From Alloascoidea hylecoeti (Eukaryota), in the NCBI GenBank assembly GCA_001600815.1, contig BCKZ01000019.1, forward strand, positions 311,981-375,980: a DNA stretch of 64,000 bases. Direction: 5' to 3'. Position 1 is the stretch's first letter; each line of letters starts with the position of its first letter. Below, one piece after another: positions 1 through 10,291 of this stretch. The notes beneath the pieces were generated by a model that was given only the letters and a program-made list of their open reading frames with translations, was not told the DNA's origin and ran no database searches. Both the position numbers and the translations under genes were made by a program.

Positions 1-997
1 TTATAAACAATACTTCTCCCATAATTATAAACAATGATTTAAATAATGATAAACTAATGAATCCAAATAAAATCAACTTAAAAACATTGGAATATGCTAA
101 CAATTAAAATTTAAATGACACAAAGGAAAGAAAAAAAGAGGAACTTTAAAGAGGAGGAATACAATTAATTGGAAAAAATAAAAAACTTATCATAGATGTA
201 GGTTTTAAATGTTTGGTTAGAGAGTGATAATTAAAATTAATAATAATGATTAAAAAAAAATTTTTTTTTGAATTGAATTGAATAGAATAAAAGATAAAAG
301 TCAAATGATTGTCATTAGTTAAGGAAGTGTCTTGTTCATAAATATAGAAAAAAAAGGAAAACAATAAAAAAAGAGTAATTAATGTTGTTGATTTTGATTT
401 TTTTTGCATACATGTTTTTTTTTTTTTTTTTTTGTGATTGATTGATAAGAACAATTTCGGTTTGAAATTTGAATTAAATTAAAAATAGAAATTGATTATG
501 TTGAATAAATCAATTGATTAATATGACATCATCTCAATTATTAAAAATATTTTTAACAAAAGAGGGGAGTCCAAATGATAATAACATCATAAGATAAATT
601 CCAACTTTTTTTTTTTATCCACAACAGAAAGTAGTAATTCTAGTCCAAAATTTATTATTTTTCGATGATCCTGAATCATTTCTTGTATTTGTAACCGCCA
701 ACTGTTGTTGTTGATGTTGTTATTTCAATTTTAATTAACTTATTTCATGCTTACATATCCGATATGCAGTGCAGATCAATCATCAAATGATCTACATATG
801 TTTCAGATTTATATTAAACTACATGCCTTGCATATTAGATATGCAGGGGTTACGTGGTCATTCATATACTACAGCAAGCCCCTTAATATTATTGCCACCT
901 CCTTATTATTATTTAGCCTATATAGTTACATATATAAGACAGTTAAATCCATTGGATTTAACTCTCTACTTTTTCTTATTCCTATTTAATATACTAT

Positions 998-1045
998 TTA
1001 CTTTATCTTTTTTACTCTATCAGTTTTACCGATTAATAGTTGATT

Positions 1046-1078
<33 letters not shown>

Positions 1079-2574
1079 TTGTTGCTGCTGTTGTTTTTGT
1101 TGTTGTTGACGTTCTTGATGTTGTCGTTGTAATTCTAAAGCATCATTTTGTTGTTTTAATTGTTCTTGTTGATTTTGATATTGTTGGCGTTGATAATCTA
1201 ATTGTTGATCTTGTGATAAAGATGAAAGGTGTTGAGATCGATGTTGACCAGAATATTGAGTATTTCTAAAACCAATTGTTTGATTATTATTAATAATATT
1301 ACTATTTGGTCTTGAAAATCTTTGTTGTTGTTGTAAAGGTTGTTGACGGCCTCTTCTTTGAGCAGAATTAGATCTTAAAACAACATTATTTGGAGGTGGT
1401 AATTGATCACTTAATCTTGCATTACTAATACGCTGTTGTCTAATTCTTTCTCGATCACGATCAGGTGGAGTAGCATGCCCATAACCATGTAAATTTGGTT
1501 TCCTGTTAATTTCAGTATCAAAACCTCTACCACCGTTTAATTTCTTCCAATCATAATTACCATCTTCAACTTCTCCAATAGATAATAAAGCATCTGTAAA
1601 TAAACCACGTAAATAATCATAATCTGGAGTATCTTCAAAACTTAAATTTCTAACATAAGTTAAATATTGACCAAATTGAATTGGGAAACCTTCACATAAT
1701 TCCATAATAACAGTAGTTTGTTTTTTTTCACCAATTTTTTCATATTTTTGTTTGTTTGTTGGTGCTTTTAAACCCTGCCATGGTAAACTTCCTCTTAAAA
1801 AATACATAAAAACATGACCTAATGCTTCTAAATCATCACGTCTTGACTGTTCACGACCAAGATGAGTATTTATACTCATATATCGAGCGGTACCACTTAA
1901 ACTTTTCCTTTCACGATAAGGAATATGTCTCTTTGATTTTGGGTCTCTATAAAATTTAGCCATTCCAAAATCAATCATATAAATCATATCAGAAGATTTT
2001 GTACCAGGTCTACCGATTATAAAATTATCAGGCTTAATATCCCGATAAATTAAATCTCGTTCATGGATTGTTTGTACTCTGGAGATCATTTGTTTTGCAC
2101 ACATGACGACGGTCTTCACTGAAAATCGACGACCACACCAGTCGAATAGGTCTTCTAAACTTGGTCCTAGGAGATCCATGACAAGGATATTATGTAGACC
2201 TTCTTGTCCGAAGTAATAAACATTGGGGATACCGACTAAAATAGCAATAAAAAATAAAAATAAAACAAAGCAAAAAAGATAAAAAAGAGGTTAGATAAAG
2301 AAATGATTTGGGTCTTTTAAAAGAGTTACATACCACATCCTGCTAGTAAACGATAAGCTCTGTATTCATCTCTTAATTGTGGAGCCTCACTCTTCCGTGG
2401 TTCCTATACAAAAATGTTAGAACAAAGTAGATTTATCACAAGCGTTGGAAAACTTACAAATTTGATTGCCACCTGCTGATTGTTAAGAAGGTTGGTTCCT
2501 TCAAAAATGACACCAAACGAACCTTCTCCGATTTTCCGTCCGACTCTGTAATGAACGCCAATAATGTTGGACAT
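998..2574 (-). CDS. YCK2: Casein kinase I, Yck1/Yck2 (Cki) type. Exons 2574-2458, 2403-2334, 2235-998; probable true C-terminus encoded at 719-615
   Basis: Spliced product reads [21 protein letters not shown]...[19 protein letters not shown]...[15 protein letters not shown]...YRDIKPDNF...DFGMAK...[25 protein letters not shown]. Introns 2404-2457 (GTAAGT..CTAAC..TAG) and 2236-2333 (GTATGT..CTAAC..TAG). YCK1 vs YCK2 cannot be distinguished. Confidence 0.93.
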
Positions 2575-2700
2575 TTTGCTTGTTTTCTGTAAAAGTGGAG
2601 GCTGTGTGAAGATACGAAGAAACTAGAGCTGACTAACGCATGACTAATCGTATCGATGCTACTTTTTCCTCACCATCGTGAAAGTTGGAAAAACATCGTG
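2575..2700. promoter_or_regulatory. Very compact divergent promoter shared by YCK and EAF3
   Basis: Only 126 bp between the two divergent ATGs. Contains a TGACTAA direct repeat at about 2630-2647. Confidence 0.6.
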
Positions 2701-3710
2701 ATGCTGGAACTGGGATCCCGTTGTTTGGCTTATCATGGCCCCTTGCTGTACGAAGCAAAAGTCCTCAAACTCCATGAGCCTGGAAGCAACATGGTCCTGA
2801 TAAAAGAAGGCACGTTCAATACTCTCGAGAGCGCGGGGCTTGCTGAGGAATACACATCCCAACTCACCTATTATATACATTACAAAGGATGGAAGGCCAC
2901 TTGGGATGAATGGGTACCTAAAGAGCGTGTCTTGGAGATGAACGAAGAAAATATTAGAACTCAAAGGGAACTCAAACAAGCTGCCTTGGATGCAACAACT
3001 TCTTCATCCAAAAGAAAAGGAAGAAGCGAAACACCAGCAGGAGATGATAAAACTCATGATCATTTAAAAAAAAGAGTACGTGGTGCTGACCCTGATCTTG
3101 AAAGAGAAGAAGATTATTTAAAACGTCCAGAAATTAATTTAACAGTATCAAGTTCATTAAAAGCAAGACTTGTTGATGATTGGGAACATATTACAAGAGA
3201 TCATCAATTAATTTCTTTACCAAGTAAAACGAATGTTATAGATATTTTAAATATGATTAAAGATAATATTCCAAATGAGAAAAAAGTTATTGGCTCAACT
3301 GAAGCGGATATTTTAAATGAAGTTATATCTGGTTTAAAATTATATTTTGATAGATCATTAGGTTCTATTTTATTATATAGATTTGAAAGACAACAATATC
3401 TACAAATTAAAAAAAAATATCCAAATAAACCTGTTACTGAACTATATGGTGGTGAACATTTACTTCGTTTATTTGGTATGTTATTTCAACTTTACTCTAA
3501 CCTTTTTCTCTGTTGTTTTAACTAACTTAATACTTAGTATCTCTCCCTGGTTTAATTGCACAAACAAGTATGGATCAACAAAGTGTTGGTATTTTGAAAG
3601 ATCATTTAGAAGAATTTCTAAAATATATTGAAAATAATCAAGATAAAGTATTTACAGAAACTTATACCAATGCTTCTCCAGCTTATGAAGCATTAGCTTT
3701 AAGTGGTTAA
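2701..3710 (+). CDS. EAF3: Eaf3/MRG15 chromodomain + MRG domain subunit of NuA4/Rpd3S. Exons 2701-3475, 3538-3710
   Basis: CLAYHGPLLYEAKVL, IHYKGWKATWDEWV, LVDDWE, LLYRFERQQY, YGGEHLLRLF|VSLPGLIAQTSMD. Intron 3476-3537 GTATGT..CTAAC..TAG restores the frame. An in-frame upstream ATG at 2656 is possible. Confidence 0.95.
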
Positions 3711-5899
3711 AACAAAATTTAAACATCACAAGCTACTCAACCCTTTTATTAATCAATGTATGACACAATTAATGTTATTAATTGTGATTGATAATGTATT
3801 CTAGCTCATTCAAAATTGTAATTTCTTCATTATTATCATCCTCATATTTCCCCTTGATCTCTTTTCTATTCTTTTGTAATTTGTAACATTTCTTTTTTTT
3901 TTATTTAATTAATAATCATAAAATGTTGCTTGTATTACAAAAGCCAGAACATTTGTAATTTAACCATGGCATTGATAACTATCTTTTTTCAAAAGAACAT
4001 TTATACCAAATTTAATATTTTCTACGAGATATAAGTATAGCTATCTAAAGTTTTAAGTGTTCAGAAAGCCCTAGGCCTTCAATTGCTACAACATATATTC
4101 AATTAACTTAAACATGTTTATTATCATATCATGATTCAGAATCCTAAATGGTGGGCCTAAAACGATTGTTGCTAATACGATATTAATTTAATTCATTTGA
4201 AACTTATCAGTTAAACATATTAGTTATAGTTAGTGCTAGCTCTAGATTTACACCTCATCAAATTAAACAATTTTATATATTTCTTTCCTGTTAATAAATG
4301 TCTAAGTTTCACATCAATTCTAGAATTACAGAGTAGAGTTAGTGAAACTTATTGTTAGTTACAATGTTACATAGCTAAAAGCGAATAAAAAGCGTGAAAG
4401 GCTGTGAATTGATTTCAATGTCATATTTTTTTCACATACAGTATTTTCCACTTTCAATTCGGTAGGTGAAAGCGAAGTATTGGATGGACTGTGTAGGGTA
4501 TATTTCGACACAAAGGGAATTTGATCATGAATTAAATTTTCGCTGTCTGGGTGATACAATTGTTCGACATTTTGTCTAAGGTTTGATGCTGTTTTTCTTC
4601 AATTAAAATTGGTCACACCAAACCCCGCTTAAAAGAGCCAAGGAAATATAAGTAAATCTAATAAGTTGAGTGTTATTGGTTAGAAAGTATTAAACAGATA
4701 TGGATAAGACATCGGACTCATCACACAATTGTAAAGGTTATAAGCTACAACATTATATTTGAGTATTAAATGGTTTCTTTGTAATTTCCTTTACATTCCT
4801 TTAATTCTGCTTTCCTATTTTATTCTTACTAAATAATTATAAATATTAAATAGCTTTTTTTGTAATCTGATTACGAACATTAATTTTTGTTATTCTTATA
4901 ATTAATCAATATATCATGACTAAAACAGCTTTTTTCTTTAGCGCTAAGTAATACAAAAAAAGTTTATACTTTATCATTTTATTATACATTATACCAATAT
5001 AGCATTAAATACACAAGAGGAAGAATAAGAAGAAGAGAAAAAATAAATAATATGTTGGATATATATTACACTCTTAGAACAGTTCACTAAAGAGTCGATT
5101 GGCTTTTTGGCGCAACTGGGAGAACAGGCACTTTGAACTTTAACATAATATATATATGTTTTATTTAATAACTTCATTTTACCCTGGAGTCTGGAATATT
5201 ATTATTTGAATTTGAGAAACAGATTTTCCCATTCCCCGTTTGCTAAATGTATTAAGTACTTTGAAACCGTTGACAATTTAATAGAACTGAAACTTCGATA
5301 GACTCTGATTTACCATAAGCCAATTGTCATAAGGCCCGTGATTTCTATGAAAGTATAACTCTTGTAGAGACGAGAATTTTTTCACTAGAAAATATTTTGT
5401 AACTTTCGACCTAATACTGGATCTTTATCGGCTTTAATTGAGGTATTTATTTCCATATACAAGTCAAACTACTTGTTTAGTTTCTTCAGATTGAGGATGA
5501 TATCAAAACACAGATATCTCAGATTTGAATTCTTCAAATTGAGGAACGAGGCTGATAAATTTTGTTTTTTAAAGAATATGTCAATTATTTTTTTCGTTTA
5601 TAATTGTTTCAGATAAATTATTCGTTTTTAATTCTTTTAATATCAACTTTCACTATTTTTATTGTCATATATGATCATTATACCAAATATTCTTTTGTTT
5701 CTCAAATTTCAAATTGTTTTATAGATATTATTTATTTTTATGATGTCTACTATATCTAGCTAGAATTATTGTAATATTACAAAACATTTCATTCAGTTGG
5801 TGGTGGTCTTTTCTCAAGAATTATTCGAATATAATTTTCTTAATTTTACATTTATTGAAAGTGTGCTCTTCAGTTTCAACTTTTCGTTGAAGGCAGTAT

Positions 5900-5931
<32 letters not shown>

Positions 5932-7216
5932 GGACACATTATTATCAAATGCTTTCTAACTATTTATTGTAATTGTTGATGTTATTATAATTTATTTATA
6001 ACCTATATTATCATACCTGACAAAACCAAATATTTGTGAACATTAAAATGTCCTTTTTTAAATTTTATTTTCTTGAAATGTATTTTGTTTTATTCTCTAT
6101 TAACCATTCTCATAGTGGTTTGCAAGTTGTTAAACCCTTCTACATGTAGATCAATATCACTAAATCGTCTCTGTACTTGTTTATTCTAAAAGATTAACCC
6201 TCTAATGATTATATAGCTCTGCATATTAGAACATTTCAATCTTTAAAGTTAATAGTTACATATCTTATCCCACTATTGTTTTGAATACTTTAGTCTTTAT
6301 ATCACAATGAAGATGTGGTTTTCTGATTCTATTTCTGATTTGAAAATTAGTATACAGTGTTATGCACTTATTCAATTGATGTCTTCTGCTCATTTTCTCT
6401 GTAATTTTTTTAGATAGTTGGTTTCCTTTTATTTGGTTCCTGCTTCGAAAATCTTTTAAGTCCATTCATTACATCTTATAGCTTTAAGTGATATCTCTTG
6501 CTTCATATAGATACTATTAAGATCACCAGTAAAAAACCAGCATGTTACTGAAACAAGTGAGTTTACAATTGTGATTCCTTCTACTACTTAGCATCCTTGC
6601 TAGCTACTAGCGCTTTTACAAAAAGTGATGAAGATAAAGGTTTACCTATCAAATTCTTATATATTTACAGGACAGGACTGTCCAATAACATAATAATAGT
6701 AAAATTTTACAGAATCAATTTGTACACAAGCTGCAGCTTTATAAATACTTCCATTTACGCCAACTGTAGTGAGGCATAGAATCCTTTTAGGGATTTTCTG
6801 ATACCACATGCATATTGGCACTTTTAAAAAGAACAAAACAATAATGTCTGCTTCATGCTTCTAATCCCCAACATGCTTTCCTTTCATGTTTTAGCCCCTA
6901 ACAATCATAATTAAGCTATATATTAATTAATTAGTAGTAGTAGCTACTAGTAAGTCTATCATTATACCAAACTCAGATACATTTGAAAACAAAAAGTATA
7001 AAAAAATAAAGTAAAAAAGACGTTATCGGAATTAGACAATTAAGTAAATTTTAATTGTAATATTTATTATAAATTATATTTGTTGATAGTTTTGTAATTC
7101 GTGTTTGAAATAGAGCACTTTGATTAAAGCGAGTACTATATAAGGTCTTATGGTATATATATTAAAAATAAATAATAATTAAGCAAAGCTATAGCAATAC
7201 CATCCAATTAAGGAAC

Positions 7217-7888
7217 TTATAAAACAAGATCATATTTATCATTTAATAAAATTTCTTCAACAAANCCAGAAGGTAAATCATAGTTTGAAGTATCAATCAT
7301 ACTTCTTATTTCATCCTTTTCTTCCTGATTAACTTTCATGTCAGAAACAATAGTTTTTGTTGTATTGATAAACATAATTATATCATTCAATAATTGTTGT
7401 AATTCTTCTTTTACCTTATTTCCATTACCTAAAAGTGTATCTTTAATAGTTTTACCGATTCCTGATATTGAAACATCTTCATTATCACGTTTAGTATTCC
7501 NAGGTTTGCTCTTCTGCCAGTAATTAAGAACAATATCCCAATCAGCAGTAACATCGTCNTGTGAAACAGAGATAGATACTTTTGAACGTTCGGCGAAAGA
7601 CCTAACTCTTTTAGATAATTGATTCAATAGTAACCCCAGACCATTACGGTCTTCCGGTCTTAAACTTATAGTCTTGATCTCGACATCGTCACGTTTAACC
7701 AGGTTTCCAGCAGCCATTACAATTTCAGTGGGAGTTTCAATGGGAATTTCAGTGGTAGTGGGAGTTAACGTTGAGGTTTCAGTTATGGATACAATTACCG
7801 TTGACATTGTGGTTGGAATTGGGGCAGCTGCTGTCAAACGTGTTGCCAATAATAGGGAAACTAATGTTTTTCCAAAGGAAGTTTTCAT
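7217..7888 (-). CDS. Orphan secreted preproprotein (223 aa) with signal peptide, Thr-rich pro region and three KR sites
   Basis: MKTSFGKTLVSLLLATRLTAA|APIP signal-like N-terminus; LVKR, LSKR and NTKR sites; TATA-like sequence about 85 bp upstream. No family recognised. Confidence 0.75.
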   Translation of the reverse strand: MKTSFGKTLVSLLLATRLTAAAPIPTTMSTVIVSITETSTLTPTTTEIPIETPTEIVMAAGNLVKRDDVEIKTISLRPEDRNGLGLLLNQLSKRVRSFAERSKVSISVSXDDVTADWDIVLNYWQKSKPXNTKRDNEDVSISGIGKTIKDTLLGNGNKVKEELQQLLNDIIMFINTTKTIVSDMKVNQEEKDEIRSMIDTSNYDLPSXFVEEILLNDKYDLVL

Positions 7889-10100
7889 CTTGGTAAAATC
7901 AAATTATAAATGTGATAGTAATTCAAGTATTAATATTTTNAAAGAAATAGAGTGAAGGGGACTGGCACTCTTTATATAATCCGATTAAAATGTTATAGTT
8001 GTTGAAAATGGTTTCTGCATAAATCCATATTAATCGCAGAATCCCAAAGCAGAAATATATTTCAAAATTGTCAATGAATGCATATGCATAGTATTGTACT
8101 TCACTTCACTAGAGTTGGATATAAAAAAATTAGAAAATTTCGAACTCATATTTGTTTCTTCATTTCTTTCTTATTTCAAATTTTGATTTGTTACTTAAGC
8201 TTGTATTCTAACTTATAAATATTAAAGGAGGGGTTTCAAATAAAGTGCGATATTTAAGCGATTTCCTAATCGAAGTTTTATAGCTAGGGAGTTCATGGAA
8301 ACATATACACACATACATTAAGATTATCGATATCTATAACCATGGTTTGAATCGATGCAAACGGAGATACTACTGGATCAGTAGAATATATATAATGGAG
8401 CCCACTGTTTAATTATAAAATGTCTATCAATGATTATAGAAGCTACAGGAAATATATATTTAGATCATATTAAGTGGAAATACTGTATTACCTTATATTC
8501 ATGCAATTTACTATAGGATCAATGATATATAATTTATAAGATGAACCTCTTTAAAATATACCCCGAAAACCATGGCCACACCCCATTATTACCAGAAAAC
8601 GGAAGATACCAAATTTGAACGATATATTAATATGCATATTAAGTTACCAACTACAGCTCCTTATTTAGTTCCAGATTTTAATACTGGTAATTTAGGAAGA
8701 TCAAGATCATATAACTTGGAATTTCTCATTAGATATGCAAATCAGCCCAGGGAGCCGCCGTGTCTAAAAGCCTTGAAAGGAAAATTAGGCTTAGGATCAT
8801 TACAACATTATAGACGAGGTTGTAAGCATGATAATAATAATGTTTAGCATTGATTTTTTTTCTTGTTGATAATTATTAATTATTCTTTATTCTAATTTCC
8901 AAGAAACAATAGTTTCATATACTTGAACCAGTAAATAAATGTCATTTTCACAATTTCATATGTCATTAAATGACCTTCTGATATTCCAAAATTATGTTAT
9001 TGTTTGATTAATCATTAATACTTATTGATATATTGCTAATATATTTTCATGTAACTTATATCTGACCATAATATTATACCAAAACCAATGGTACCGTACT
9101 AGATATTCAAAATCACTAAATATTGTAGTTATTATTATTATTATTATTATGACCTCTTATAATTGATAAAAATTGAAATCCAAAAAATCAAATTTTTTTC
9201 AGTTTTATTATTATTTTCTTGGTTGATTTTTTCATTTTCGATATATATATTATTTCATTGATAATTTTTCTATAAATTAAAATTGTAACCTTCTAGAATA
9301 TTTATGGATCAAACGGTTATGTTGGATGCTAGGATCAAACAATTTTGATTATGTAATTGATACAACTGATTGCATTGAACCTAATACACCCCGGTTTTTA
9401 ATAGACTGCTGGCAGCAGTATGCAGTGAGACGTAAGCGGGATGTTCCGACCAACTTTTGGTTATTGGTTATTGATGTGGTTTTCATTATTGTTTTATCAG
9501 TTGTGTATAGTTGATGAGGAGGGTTGAGTTGAACAAGAATGTAGCCGGGATCTGAATCGACAAAGGATCCGAGCATATTTAGTATGTCATAATATTAACA
9601 TATTAGGTAATATATTAATATTGATACTAGAGTAGCACGTGCTAGGAGCGTTTGAAGACTGCAGGAATTCATAAGTGAAAGGATGAAAGAATGAACCAGG
9701 GACCAGAGATTACGACATTAGGAAGATCACAGCAAGCCGTGTGAGGAATCGTGTCGTGACCGAGCAACCGAACAAAGTGGTCTCAACAGTGGAAGTTGAA
9801 ACGGAGGATTCTCGAAGTTGGTGTTTTCGGTCGAAGGTTTCGTGCCAAGACCGAAAAATGGGCATAGTAATTATAATACAAATCCGTTGGTCCTTCAAAC
9901 TTCAGCTTCACACCGCCAAAAGGCGAGCAGACCATTAGCATTGCAATCGGAAAGATAGAGGACCCTGCAGGAAAGAGGAGTTTTGAGTTGTATTCAGTTC
10001 AGAGTCAGTTAAGCCTTGTTAGTGCTGCGCTAGTCCTGCAGGTGCTACAAGGGGTAATTATGGTTGCATGCATACACACCCGTTTAATATTTCTACTCTT

Positions 10101-10113
10101 AAAAAAAGCGGGG
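10101..10113 (+). promoter_or_regulatory. Mig1/CreA-type glucose repression site upstream of ACS
   Basis: AAAAAAAGCGGGG matches an AT box plus SYGGGG, about 180 bp before the ATG; TATAAATA at about 10203. Confidence 0.5.
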
Positions 10114-10291
10114 AATTAGTTGGGAAAACCTTTGATCCGAATAAAAAATTGAGTCCCTCATCATTTAAATTAAATATTCATAAATAGAATAAGAACCATA
10201 AATATAAATATACTCACATCTTTCTTTTTTTCCATTTCTCAATTTCATTTTTATTTCTTATCTTTCAGCTTCAATATCAACATCCACAATT

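Noticed and set aside
146..454. 102-aa ORF
   Set aside because: Low-complexity A/T tracts in the YCK 3' region; non-ATG start; no protein features.
702..754. 53-nt GTAAGC..CAG mini-intron before the YCK tail
   Set aside because: The upstream in-phase sequence hits TGA within 8 codons and has no acceptor, so it cannot link to the kinase ORF.
769..1269. 166-aa plus-strand ORF with poly-Val
   Set aside because: Antisense shadow of the YCK CAA (polyQ) repeat.
2740..2750. Alternative CUG decoding (Ser/Ala)
   Set aside because: CTG sits at the conserved Leu of EAF3 GPLLYEAK; the standard code fits (single-site evidence).
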